DNA from: an uncultured Acidobacteriota bacterium
GTDB lineage: Bacteria > Acidobacteriota > Vicinamibacteria > Vicinamibacterales > 2-12-FULL-66-21
DNA length: 64,000 nucleotides
Direction of reading: 5' to 3'
Assembly: GCA_963836735.1 (NCBI GenBank)
Contig: CAWIKP010000012.1
Span: 25,441 to 89,440 of the forward strand
Shown here: positions 1-10,245 of the stretch, in pieces
How positions within the stretch are numbered: the stretch's first letter is position 1
How the letters are laid out: each line of letters opens with the position of its first letter
Position numbers and translations under genes: made by a program
The notes under the pieces: generated by a model
Databases searched by the model: none
Told to the model about the DNA's origin: nothing
What the model saw: only the letters and a program-made list of their open reading frames with translations

Positions 1-1758
1 GGGCACACGCTGGAGTACGCGGTCCGTCGCAGCTCGGCCAGGATGTAGCGCATCTTTTCCTGGGTCAACGGATAGTTGGCTTTCACTGCCGCGTGACACG
101 CCATCGTCGCGGCGATGCGCCGCAGCGCATCTTCGACGCGAGCGCCGGGCTGCCCTCCCTCGAGGTCCTCGGCCAGCGCACGAATCGCCGCTTCACACTC
201 GCCGGGCTCGAGCAGGGCGGGCACCGCGGAGAGCCGCACGGCGTCCCCGCCGAAGTGCTCCACTTCGAGCCCGAACCGATGCAGCACCGCCGCGTGCTGA
301 GCGAGCGCCTGGCGCTGCGGCGCCGACAGCTCCAGCACGATCGGCGCCAGCAGCCGCTGGCTGTCCAGCGTTCCAGACGTCAGTTTCTCCATCACCTGCT
401 CGAACAGCACCCGCTCGTGCGCGACGTGCTGGTCGATGATCGCGATGCCCTCGTCGTCGATGGCGATGATGTAGGTGTCGCGGAACTGGCCGAGGGGAAT
501 CATCGGCCGGATGTCGCCCGCCGCCGGCGGAGGACGTCACCGCAGCCGCGGTCGCCGGCTCCGTTGCGACACTCGTGGGGGCATCGGACCAGCGGCTGCC
601 GTCCGGCCGGGACTGCCAGGCCGCGGCGGCCGCCGATGGAATCGGGCGATCGATGGGATATGGCTCCGCCGACCACCGGCTGCCAATGGTTGCGCCCGCG
701 AGTACCCCGGGAATCGTCATGGGCCGCGGTTCGCCCGGCCGGCTGTCGAACGGCGAGAGCTGAAGCTCCGGGGCCGGCCCTCGCCCCAGCGCGTCGGCCA
801 GCCCGCGCCGCAGCACCTCGTGCACCAGCGACTGTTCGAGGAACCGCACCTCCGCCTTCGTCGGGTGCACGTTCACGTCCACGCGATCGGGCGGGATCTC
901 GATGAACAGGTGGACCTCGGGACTGCGTTCCTTGATCGTCGCGACGCTGTAGGCCTCGGAAATGGCGTGCGCGATGGTGCGGTCCTTGACGATGCGACGG
1001 TTGACGAATACGTTCTGGGGCCCGCGAACCGGACCGTGATCGCCGAGCGCCGCAACGTAACCATGGATCGAGATCCCCGCCGCGTTCTTCTGAATCTCGA
1101 TCAGATCCGGACGATCGCCGAACAACTGAAAGAACCGCTCCGGCAACCCCGCAGCTGGCGGACACTCGAGCACCGTCCGCACGCTCGACGTCAACGACCA
1201 GCCGATCTCCGGGTAGCCGAGCGCCAGCTGCGTGATCAGCCGCGAGACCTGGGTCGCCTCGGCAACGTCGGACTTGAGGAACTTGCGTCGCGCCGGCAGG
1301 TTGAAGAACAGATCCGCGACCTCGATGCAGGTTCCCTCGCGCGTGCCGACGTCGCGCGCGGACGCCGCCCGTCCGCCATCGATCCTGATCTCGGTGCCGC
1401 TCTCTGCGCCTCGCGCCCGCGTGCGAAGAACGAAGTGCGAGACCGACGCGATGCTGGGAAGCGCTTCCCCGCGAAACCCGAGCGTCCGGATCGCGCCGAG
1501 GTCGTCTGGCGTCCTGATCTTGCTGGTGGCATGCCGCTCGACCGCGAGCTGCGCGTCCTCGGCGTCCATGCCCTCGCCGTCGTCTTCGACGCGGATCAGC
1601 TTCTTGCCCCCCAGCTCGATCGCGACCGCGATGCGGGTCGCGGCCGCGTCGAGCGCGTTCTCGACCAGCTCCTTCACGACCGAGGCCGGGCGCTCGACGA
1701 CCTCGCCGGCGGCAATCTGGTTCGCGAGGTGCAACGGCAGACGATGGATGCGGGGCAT
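1..1758 (-). pseudogene. mutL: DNA mismatch repair protein MutL; 3' end runs off the window; frame broken near 511-536
   Basis: ORF 193..1758 starts MPRIHRLPLHLANQIAAGEVVERPASVVKELVENALDA, a GHKL ATPase N-terminus typical of MutL. Below ~536 that frame becomes Arg/Ala nonsense. The +1 frame reads the C-terminal dimerisation domain (RPMIPLGQFRDTYIIAIDDEGIAIIDQHVAHERVLFEQ...MACHAAVKANYPL) down to base 1. Confidence 0.9.
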
Positions 1759-2010
1759 GGGTTCAGGGTTCCGGGTGCAGGGTTCCGGGGTTCGGTTCAG
1801 GGTTCACGGTTCGGTTCCGGGTTCACGGTTCAGGGTTCACGTTCGGTGCTCAATCAGCGCAAGTGGAAGGTTCGTTCGCCTCTGAGTTTACAGGCTGGAT
1901 GAAATGGAATGCACAACGCTCGAACCAGCTGGAACCCCGAACCCAGAACCCTGAACCGAACCCGGAACCCTGAACCGAACCCTGAACCCGGAACCCCGGA
2001 ACCCGGAACC
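1759..2010. repeat. Tandem-repeat-armed palindrome (unit GGTTCNG / CNGAACC) filling the corA-mutL gap
   Basis: Left arm 1759-1846 is ~12 consecutive 6-7 nt GGTTC(A/C)(G/C) units. Right arm 1921-2010 is ~13 units of the reverse complement (GAACC). A unique 74-nt spacer lies at 1847-1920. The element abuts the mutL start codon (1756-1758) and ends 2 nt before the corA stop (2013-2015). Confidence 0.85.
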
Positions 2011-2012
2011 GA

Positions 2013-2978
2013 CTAAATCCAACCCTTCCGTCGAAACACCGTAATCATCCCGACCGCGAGCGCGACCATGATGCCGACGACCCACCAGAACTGCCACTCC
2101 TCACCGCCTGGCATGTGCGGCAGCGTCACGTTCATGCCGTACATGCCGGTCAACACCGTCATCGGCAGGAAGATCGTCGAGATCAGCGTCAGCACCTTCA
2201 TCACCTGGTTCAGCTGATTCGAGACCGCCGACAGATGCGCGTCGAGGATGCCCGAGATCCGATCCTGGAAGAACATGGCTTCATCGGACAGCCGCACCAG
2301 GTGGTCGTGCACGTCTCGAAACCGATAGGCCAGCTGTTCGGAAATCAACGCAAACTCCCGCCTCGCCAGCCGACCCACCGCGTCCCGCTCCGGCAGCACG
2401 ACCTGCCGCAACGATGCGACGTCGCGCTTGAGGTCGAGGATCTGCCGGGTCTGCTTCGGATTGGGCTTCTCGAACACCTCGGTTTCCAGCTTGTCGAGCC
2501 GCTGCTGGAGCTTCTCGATCTCCGGCCGGTAGTTGTCGACCAGCGCATCGATCAGCCGGTGCAGCAGCGCCGCGGTCCCTTCGGCGAGGACCTGGTTGTT
2601 GCGTTCGCAGATTTGCTCCACCTTCGAGATCGATCGCGACACCCCGTGATGGATGGTGAGGAGAAACTGCGGCGAGAGAAAGAAATCGACATCCTTGGTC
2701 TTGAACAGGTGGTGGCGCGCCTGGAAGTCGATGCCGTGCAGGACCAGGTAGAGGTACTCGCCGTAGGAGTCGATCTTGGGGTGATGGATCTCGGCGAGCG
2801 CATCTTCGATTGCGAGCTCGTGGATGTGGAACACGTCGCTGAGGATCTTTGCCTCCGCGGCGGTTGGGTTGTCCATCACCACCCAGACCAGCACCCCGCT
2901 CCCGGGCTGCAGCCATGCGGGGTCCACGGCCTCGACGGGCTTCGTCACCCCGTTCTGGTGCGCGTAGATCTTGACCAA
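2013..2978 (-). CDS. corA: Magnesium/cobalt transporter CorA
   Basis: Intact 321-aa ORF. The C-terminus carries the CorA signature YGMNV (LTGMYGMNVTLPHMPG) between two hydrophobic helices (LISTIFLPMTVL and WQFWWVVGIMVALAVGMITVF). Confidence 0.9.
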   Translation of the reverse strand: MVKIYAHQNGVTKPVEAVDPAWLQPGSGVLVWVVMDNPTAAEAKILSDVFHIHELAIEDALAEIHHPKIDSYGEYLYLVLHGIDFQARHHLFKTKDVDFFLSPQFLLTIHHGVSRSISKVEQICERNNQVLAEGTAALLHRLIDALVDNYRPEIEKLQQRLDKLETEVFEKPNPKQTRQILDLKRDVASLRQVVLPERDAVGRLARREFALISEQLAYRFRDVHDHLVRLSDEAMFFQDRISGILDAHLSAVSNQLNQVMKVLTLISTIFLPMTVLTGMYGMNVTLPHMPGGEEWQFWWVVGIMVALAVGMITVFRRKGWI

Positions 2979-3066
2979 GCCTGCGATCTTATCGCAGCGT
3001 CACGGAAGTGTCCGTGCGCGCAAACACGACGGGCCGCCCGGAATCTCCGAGCGGCCCTCGTTCTTC

Positions 3067-3086
3067 CTTCCGCCAAAAGGCGGAAG
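3067..3086 (-). terminator. Hairpin CTTCCGCC-N4-GGCGGAAG directly after the ppdK stop
   Basis: An 8-bp perfect stem (3067-3074 / 3079-3086) with a 4-nt A/T loop touches the ppdK stop codon (3087-3089). The same stem sequence recurs after corC at 23092-23111. There is no clear U-tract. Confidence 0.45.
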
Positions 3087-5919
3087 CTACTCTCCCTTGG
3101 CTCCCGCCAACGCCGCCTGCGCCGCCGCCAGGCGCGCGACCGGCACGCGGTACGGCGAGCAGCTCACGTAGTCGAGCCCGACCTTCTCGAAGAACTGGAT
3201 CGACGACGGATCGCCGCCGTGCTCGCCGCAGATCCCGAGCTTGATGTTCGGGCCGTGAGGCGCGGCCCTTCTTCACCGCGATGTCGACGAGCTGGCCGAC
3301 GCCGGTGGCGTCGATCGTCGCGAACGGGTTCTTCTTGACGATCTCGAGCTCCGCATACTGCGGCAGGAACGAGCCCGAATCGTCGCGCGACATGCCGAGG
3401 CCGGTCTGGGTCAGGTCGTTGGTGCCGAAGCTGAAGAACTCCGCCGACTGGGCGATCTCGTCGGCAGTGAGCGCGCCGCGCGGGATCTCGATCATCGTGC
3501 CGACCAGGTAGTTCAGCTTCACCTTCTGCTCCGCCTGGACCTCCTTGGCGGCCTGGTGCACCACCTCGATCTGCAGATCGAGCTCCTTCTTGAACCCGAC
3601 CAGCGGGATCATGACCTCGGGCCGGACCTTGATGCCTTCCTTCTGGACCTCCGCCGCGGCTTCGAACACGGCGCGCGCCTGCATCGCCGAGATTTCCGGA
3701 TAGCCGATCCCGAGGCGGCAGCCGCGGAAGCCGAGCATCGGGTTGAACTCGTGCAGCTGCGAGACGCGCTGCTCGATGCGCGACGCCGGCACGCCGATCT
3801 TCTTCGCCAGCTCCGCCTGCTGCTCCTTGGTGTGCGGCAGGAACTCATGGAGCGGCGGGTCGAGGAAGCGAATCGTCGCCGGGTAGCCCTTCAGCGCGCG
3901 GAAGATGCCGGCGAAGTCCTCGCGCTGGTACGGCAGCAGCTTGGCGAGCGCGGCCTTCCGCTCCTCCACCGTCTCGGCGAGGATCATCTCGCGCATCGCG
4001 TCGATGCGATCGCCCTCGAAGAACATGTGCTCGGTGCGCGTGAGGCCGATGCCGACGGCGCCGAACGCCACGGCGTTCTCGGTCTGCTCCGGCGTATCGG
4101 CATTGGTGCGGACGACCATGCGCGTCGCGTCCGAGCACCACTTCATCAGCTGCTGGAAGTTCTTGAACTTCTCGGTCTGCTGGGCGGCCTTGTCGCCGTT
4201 GATCAGGCCGGCGACGATCTCCGACGGCGCGGTCTTCACCTGGCCGGCGTAGACCTTGCCGACCGTCCCGTCGATCGACATCCAGTCGCCTTCCTTGAAC
4301 GTCTGGCCCTCGACCTTCACCGTGCGCGCCTGGTAGTCGACCTCGACCGCCGCGGCGCCGCACACGCAGACCTTGCCCATCTGCCGGGCGACGAGCGCCG
4401 CGTGCGACGACACGCCGCCGCGCGCGGTGAGGATGCCTTCCGCCGCGATCATGCCGCGCAGATCCTCGGGCGAGGTTTCGACGCGGACGAGCAGCACCTT
4501 CTCGCCCTTGTCGGCCGCCGCCACCGCGCGATCGGCGTTGAGGTAGATCTGGCCGGACGCCGCGCCGGGACCGGCCGGCAGACCGGTCGCGATCGCCTTC
4601 GCCTTGGCCACTTCGGCGGCATCGAACACCGGCGCCAGCAGCTGCTCCAGCTGGTCGGCCGGGTTGCGCATCACCGCCGTCTTCCAGTCGATCAGCTTCT
4701 CCTTGTACATGTCCACCGAGAACTTCAGCGCCGCCATCGCGGTGCGCTTGCCGTTGCGCGTCTGCAGCATGTAGACGACGCCGTCCTCGATCGTGAACTC
4801 GAAGTCCTGGACGTCCTTGAAGTGCTTCTCGAGCGTCTGGCGGATGCGCTCGAGCTCGGCGTAGGCCTTCGGCATCTGCTTCTTCAGCTCCGCCACCGGC
4901 TCCGGCGTGCGCACGCCGGCGACGACGTCCTCGCCCTGCGCGTTGATCAGGAACTCGCCGTAGAACTCCTTGACGCCGTTGGCCGGGTTGCGCGTGAAGG
5001 CGACGCCGGATCCGGACTCGTCGCCGGTGTTGCCGTAGACCATCGCCTGGACGTTGACGGCGGTGCCCCACTCGGTCGGGATGTTGTACTTGCGGCGGTA
5101 GACGATCGCCCGATCGTTCATCCACGATCCGAACACCGCGCCGACCGCACCGAGCAGCTGATCCCAGGGCGAGCTCGGGAACTGCTTGCCCGCGCGCTCC
5201 TTGACCAGCGCCTTGAAGCGGACGACCAGCTCCTTCAGATCGCCGACCGTGAGCTTGGTGTCCTCGATGTCCTGGTGATAGCGCTCGTGCTTGAGCCCCT
5301 CGATCACCGTCTCGAACGGCTCGTGATCCTCATCCGGCCGCTTCTGCACGCCGAGCACGACGTCGCCGTACATCTGGACGAAGCGGCGGTAACAGTCCCA
5401 GGCAAAGCGCGGGTTCCCGGTCTTGGCCGCCAGCGCCTCGACCGTCTGGTCGTTCAAGCCGAGGTTGAGGATGGTGTCCATCATGCCCGGCATCGAGTCG
5501 CGGGCGCCGGAGCGCACCGAGACGAGCAGCGGGTTCTTCAGGTCGCCGAACTTCTTGCCGGTCTGCTGCTCGAGCGACGCGACGCCGCGCTCCATCTCCT
5601 GGCGCAGCGTCGGCGGATACGTCCGCTTGTTGGCGTAGTAGTAGGTGCAGACCTCGGTGGTGATCGTGAACCCCGGCGGCACCGGCAGCCCGATGCGGCA
5701 CATCTCGGCGAGGTTCGCGCCCTTGCCGCCGAGCAGCGGCTTCATCGTCCCGTTGCCATCGGTCTTCTTGCCGAACAGATAGACGTACTTGGTGCCCTTC
5801 GCGGCCTTCAGGCTCTTGGACGTCTTGCCATTCGGCGCGACGGCCTTGGCCCTCGCTGCAGACGAGCCACCGGACGACTTCTGTGCTGCTGACTTTCGAG
5901 CCTGTTGCTTCTTTGCCAT
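3087..5919 (-). pseudogene. ppdK: Pyruvate, phosphate dikinase; frame broken near 3258-3272
   Basis: ORF 2989..5919 carries the ATP-grasp N-terminus ([26 protein letters not shown]) and the phosphohistidine motif ([18 protein letters not shown]). The conserved C-terminal end ([47 protein letters not shown]...GE*) is only readable in the +1 frame. That frame stops at 3087-3089. Confidence 0.92.
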
Positions 5920-5928
5920 TTCGACTGC

Positions 5929-8119
5929 CTACTCCGTGTGAGGAACGATTTCAGAGATGTCCGCGAGCGCGAGAATCATGTCGCGCAGGGTGGCCATGAG
6001 CGTCAGCCGCGCGGTCCTCACGCGGGCATCCTCGGCCATGACGAACACTTCGGTGAAGAATCAATCGACGACCGGCCGAAGGGCCGCCACGTCGGTGAAC
6101 GCGCGGGTGTAATCGGCCCGCGCCGCGGCCGCGTCAATCCCGGGACGCGCCGCGTCGAGCCCGGCAAGCAGCGCGCGCTCGGCCGGCTCGGTCAGCGCCG
6201 CGCGATCGAGCGCCGGCACCTCGGCCAACTCCTTCGCGATGTTCTTGACCCGCTTGAACAACACCGCCACCGCCTGGAAGTCCTCGGACGATCGCATCCG
6301 CTGCAGCGCTTCGGCGAGGCGGCGAGCGCGTAGCGGCGCGACGTCCGGCGTGGAGGTGACCGCGCGGACGATTTCGACCGGGTATCCACGCTGCTCGAGC
6401 GCGAAACGCACCCGCTCGACCGCGAACGCCGCGGCCTGGCCGGTGACGGCTCCCGTCCGCGCCAGCGAACGCCCCGCGAGCCCGATCCACGAGTGGACCG
6501 ACTCCGAGCTCGCGATCGATGCCGGTCAGTTCCGGCAGATCCATCAGGATTCGGACGATCCCGTGCATCTGGCGACGCAGCCCGAACGGATCCCGGGAGC
6601 CGGTCGCACGCTCGCCGGCATGCATCAGCCCCGTCACCGTATCGAGCTTGTCGGCCAGCGACACCGCCGCCCACGTGACCGCCGCCGCGCCGAGTTCCGC
6701 GCGGCCCGGCGGCGCGTCGGCTTCGACGCCCACCGGCAGGTAGTGGTGATAGATCGCCTTCCAGACCTGCTCCGGCTGGCCTTCCTCCCGGGCGTAGACC
6801 CCTCCCATCGTGCCCTGCAGCTCGGGAAACTCGAACACCATGTCGGTCGTCAGGTCCGCCTTGGCGAGACGCGCCGCGCGCCCCGCGAACGCCGCCGCTT
6901 CCGGCTGGCCAAGCCCATCATTCGCAATCCACGCCGCGAGCGCCTCGATGCGCTCCGCCTTGTCGCGGTAACTTCCCAGTTTCTTGTGAAACAGCAGCGT
7001 GTGCAACCGTTCCAGCCGGGACTCCAGCGTGGTTCGCCGATCGCTCTCCCAGAAGAACCGCGCATCGCGCAGCCGGGCCGTCACCACCCGTTCGGCATTC
7101 TTCGCGATCAGGCGCTCGTCCTTGGGCTGCGTGTTGACGACGGCGAGGAAGGCTTCCTTGAGCTCGCCACGGTCCGAGAGCACGGGGAAGTAGTGCTGAT
7201 GGTGGACGAGCGTGGTGGCCAGCACCTCCTGCGGCAACGCGAGAAACGCGCGATCGAAGAACCCCGCAACCACCCCGGGGAATTCGACGAGATCGGCGAC
7301 CTCGTCGAGCAGGCGCTGGTGGTCCTTCAGCGCCACGCGGCCGTTCAGCCGGCGAGCGTGACCTTCGAGATCCCGCGCAATGCGATCCCGGCGCTCCGCG
7401 TGCTCGAGGACGATGAAGTGCTCCTTGAGGCGAAGCTGGTACTCGTCGAAGCTGCGGACCTTGATCGATCTCCCGGCGCGGCCGCTGGTCGCGAGAAACC
7501 GGTGACCGTAGGTCAACGCGCCCGAGGGCACTTCCTGCACCGATGACCCGGCGGCATTGGCCGCGCGTCCGATCGTGAAGGGCACCACCCGCCCTCCATA
7601 AAGGAACAGCAGCCAGCGAATCGGACGCCCGAAGACGAACTCGCCCCGTCCATCGTCGAGGGTCGCGTCCCATTTCATCTGCTTGGGAAACGTCAGGTCG
7701 CGGAGCACGCCGCCGAGCACGTCGGGCAGTGCATCGATCGCGCTCTTGCCGCGCTGGCGCTTGAGGAACGTGAGGTATTCGCCGCGCGGCGAAGCGGCCC
7801 GCCCCAGTTCCTCGACCGTGACACCCTGTTTCTTCGCGAAGCCAATCGCGGCCGGCGTGGGCTGGCCCTGAGCGTCGAACGCCGCAGACACGGGCGGCCC
7901 GGTCACGACCTCTTCGAGGTCCTCCTGCCGCTCCGCGATCTTGGCCAGCCGCGCGGTGAGACGACGCGGCGTGCTGTAGGTCTCGACCGGCGCGCCGGGC
8001 GCAATGCGCGCTTCCTTGAGCCGCGCCTCGAGCCGCTCGCCAAGCTGGCGGGTCAGAGCCGGCATCCAGGCGGCCGGGAGCTCCTCGACGCCGATTTCTA
8101 TTAAAAGCTCTCTATCCAT
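5929..8119 (-). pseudogene. glyS: Glycine--tRNA ligase beta subunit; frameshift near 6440-6470 and in-frame TGA at 6061-6063
   Basis: ORF 6134..8119 starts MDRELLIEIGVEELPAAWMP and matches GlyS throughout. After ...GVGPLVDR the sequence continues in the +1 frame (VTGQAAAFAVERVRFALEQRGYPVEIVRAV..., ORF 6061..6411). After the TGA the same frame continues with FFTEVFVMAEDARVRTARLTLMATLRDMILALADISEIVPHTE* (stop 5929-5931). Confidence 0.9.
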
Positions 8120-8200
8120 TCAGTTACTGTCTCGGAGTCTCTTCCACCGGTCTTCACGGTCACGCTGCAATCATGATCACGGTTGCGCTTCGCGCATTCA

Positions 8201-8378
8201 CTACGACACGACGCTCACGACGGCAACGACGTTAGTGCGTTTCGTTCGGGTAACGTCAACTTCATCCTGCTTTCAGGGCGCTGTTCACTGCCCGCTTCCG
8301 ATCACTGGTGGAAGGCGCCGCGACTTTGCCACTTACCCATTTGCTTGCGTCGTGTCGTCGTGTCGTCGTGTCGTCGTG
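8201..8378. repeat. Tandem-repeat-armed palindrome (ACGAC-type units / CGTCGTGT x3.5) in the glyQ-glyS gap
   Basis: Left arm 8201-8231 is ctacgacacgacgctcacgacggcaacgacg. Right arm 8348-8378 is cgtcgtgtcgtcgtgtcgtcgtgtcgtcgtg, with an 8-nt period. The spacer is ~116 nt. The right arm lies inside the last ~15 codons of the glyQ ORF. Confidence 0.75.
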
Positions 8379-9292
8379 GCGCCCGAAGGGCCCGCCGTCG
8401 GCGCGTTTTCGTCAGGGCGGCTGTCGCCCGAACCTTGCTCCCCAACCCACGCCTTCGCGATCGCCACCGCCAGCTGCCGCACCTTGAGGATGTAGGCCAT
8501 CCGCTCGGTGACCCCGATCCCGCCGCTCGCGTCGAGCAGGTTGAACATGTGCGAGCACTTCAGGCAGTAGTCGAGGGCGGGCAGCAGCAGGTTGGAGCGC
8601 AGCAGCGTTTCGCCAAGGTAGTAATACTGATCGAACAGGTTGCGGTGCAGTGCGTGCAGCTCGGCCGCCGGCATGTCGATCTGTCCGAAGGCGTACTTCG
8701 ACTGCTCGACCTCGTCGCGATGACGAACGTCGCGGTATTTCACGCCGGGCGCCCACTCCAGTTCGTAGACGTCGTCCACGTCCTGCAGCGCCATCGCGAA
8801 ACGCTCGATCCCGTAGGTGAGCTCGACGGAGATCGGCGACAGGTCGACGCCGCCCGCCTGCTGGAAATACGTGAACTGCGTGATCTCCTGGCCGTCGAAC
8901 AGCACCTGCCAGCCGATGCCCCAGGCCCCGAGGGTCGGCGACTCCCAGTTGTCCTCCTCGAACCGCACGTCGTGGGCGCGCAGATCGATGCCGCACGCCT
9001 CCAGACTCTGCAGATAGAGCTGCTGCACGTCGTCAGGCGCCGGCTTCAGGATCACCTGGTACTGCTGGTGCTTGAAGAGACGATTGGGATTCTCGCCGAA
9101 GCGGCCGTCTGCCGGCCGCCGCGACGGCTGGACGTATGCGACGTTCCAGTGATCGGGACCGAGCACCCGCAGGAACGTCTCGGGGTGCATCGTGCCCGCG
9201 CCCATCTCGATGTCGAGCGGCTGCTGCAGCAGGCAGCCCCGGGAAACCCAGAACTCGGACAGCTTGAAGATCAGTTGCTGAAGAGTGACCAT
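8333..9292 (-). CDS. glyQ: Glycine--tRNA ligase alpha subunit
   Basis: Intact 319-aa ORF starting [46 protein letters not shown], typical of GlyQ. It has a ~30-aa low-complexity C-terminal extension (…[33 protein letters not shown]). The end of that extension is encoded by the repeat arm at 8348-8378. Confidence 0.92.
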   Translation of the reverse strand: MVTLQQLIFKLSEFWVSRGCLLQQPLDIEMGAGTMHPETFLRVLGPDHWNVAYVQPSRRPADGRFGENPNRLFKHQQYQVILKPAPDDVQQLYLQSLEACGIDLRAHDVRFEEDNWESPTLGAWGIGWQVLFDGQEITQFTYFQQAGGVDLSPISVELTYGIERFAMALQDVDDVYELEWAPGVKYRDVRHRDEVEQSKYAFGQIDMPAAELHALHRNLFDQYYYLGETLLRSNLLLPALDYCLKCSHMFNLLDASGGIGVTERMAYILKVRQLAVAIAKAWVGEQGSGDSRPDENAPTAGPSGATTTRRHDDTTQANG

Positions 9293-9353
9293 GCAGACGG
9301 AGCTTGAAACGTCTCCCTTTCCCTTCTGAACGTGTGTCGGGTGCCTTCGTGAC

Positions 9354-10103
9354 CTAGCGCGCCTGCCGCATTTCGCGAAGCACGCGCGCCGATTTCAGAT
9401 CCTTGTCGAGATGGGCGCTGATCAGCTGCCGGTGCGCCGACTCGAGCTCCCTCGCCGCGTGAGCACCGAGCGCCAGCGTTGCGAGATGGTCCGGCGCCAC
9501 CGCCGTCGCACTCCTCAAGAACATCATCGCTTCCGGCGACAACCGCGTGCCCGCGACACCCGGGGCGCAGCCGCGGCACAGGAGCACGGCATCCTTCGCC
9601 GGCATCGCGGCTCCGTCGCTCAGGCCCGCCCCGCAGGCCGGACACTGCCGGATGGACGGATACACGCCCTGCAGCCGCAACAACCAGTATTCGAAATAGC
9701 GCGCCAGCACTTCCACCGGCGCGCCGGCCGTGATCGCGTCCACCACCGACGATCCCAGCCGGTACAACCGTTCGTCGGCATGCGCCTCGGGCGCCCACTC
9801 GTCGATCAACTCGGCAAAGTACCCGACATAGCCGAGCGCATCGCCCGAGGCGCCCGAGAGCGGCGAGCGGGTGGGCTCGACATAGTTGAGCCGGACCAGT
9901 TCCCGCTGTTCCCGCTCGTAGTAGGCCACCCCGGCCCGTGTCATCGGCTCGAGCGCCCCCGTATACCGCGAGCGCACCCGGCGCGCCCCCTTGGCGACCC
10001 CACGCTTCTTGCCGCGATCGCGGGTGAGAAAAACGACAATCCTGTCGGCTTCGCCAAGCTTGTAGGTCCGAAGGATCAACGCTTCGGACTTGTAGACGGG
10101 CAC
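9354..10103 (-). CDS. recO: DNA repair protein RecO
   Basis: Intact 249-aa ORF with a GTG start. It has an OB-fold N-terminus ([32 protein letters not shown]) and a zinc-finger pair (CPACG...CRGC). Confidence 0.85.
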   Translation of the reverse strand: MPVYKSEALILRTYKLGEADRIVVFLTRDRGKKRGVAKGARRVRSRYTGALEPMTRAGVAYYEREQRELVRLNYVEPTRSPLSGASGDALGYVGYFAELIDEWAPEAHADERLYRLGSSVVDAITAGAPVEVLARYFEYWLLRLQGVYPSIRQCPACGAGLSDGAAMPAKDAVLLCRGCAPGVAGTRLSPEAMMFLRSATAVAPDHLATLALGAHAARELESAHRQLISAHLDKDLKSARVLREMRQAR

Positions 10104-10116
10104 CTTTACATTCTAG

Positions 10117-10199
10117 TCGGGGCTCGGGGCTCGGGGACTCGGGGGCTCGGAATTCTTCGATTCCGGTTTGCTCTTCCGAGCCCCGAGTCCCGCGCCCCG
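10117..10199. repeat. Tandem-repeat-armed palindrome (unit GGGGCTC / GAGCCCC) in the mgtE-recO gap
   Basis: Left arm 10117-10150 is tcGGGGctcGGGGctcGGGGactcGGGGGctcgg. A 25-nt spacer (aattcttcgattccggtttgctctt) follows. Right arm 10176-10199 is ccgagccccgagtcccgcgccccg. Confidence 0.85.
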
Positions 10200-10245
10200 C
10201 TTGCCCGCCGTAGCGCGCAGCGCGAAGGCGGGAGTCCCGAGCGTC

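Noticed and set aside
1888-2097. Small ORFs running through the repeat arms, with peptides such as [25 protein letters not shown] and PLVRWSAGPLVRWSAG. Examples: 1888..2097, 38571..38887, 42832..43173 and 54789..55117.
   Set aside because: The peptides are pure reflections of the tandem nucleotide units. They occur in several frames and strands at once. Copies of the conserved core differ by 1-nt indels, so no frame is conserved.
3556-5892. Very long ORFs antisense to real genes. Examples: 3556..5892 (778 aa) opposite ppdK, 26002..27843 opposite aspS, 15815..17185 opposite the TolC-like gene, 33770..34876 opposite the S8 gene, 43783..45285 opposite ADOP-2 and 62354..63634 opposite pilT/cytochrome c.
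   Set aside because: These are Arg/Ala/Gly/Pro-rich low-information translations with no recognisable motifs. They mirror a strongly supported gene on the other strand. Such shadow ORFs are expected in high-GC DNA where stop codons are rare.
6061-6063. Selenocysteine or another programmed recoding at the glyS in-frame TGA.
   Set aside because: The aligned position in GlyS is not a catalytic Cys/Sec site. I see no convincing stem-loop immediately downstream of the TGA, and no other conserved gene in the window carries an in-frame TGA. It is kept only as a point to verify in reads.
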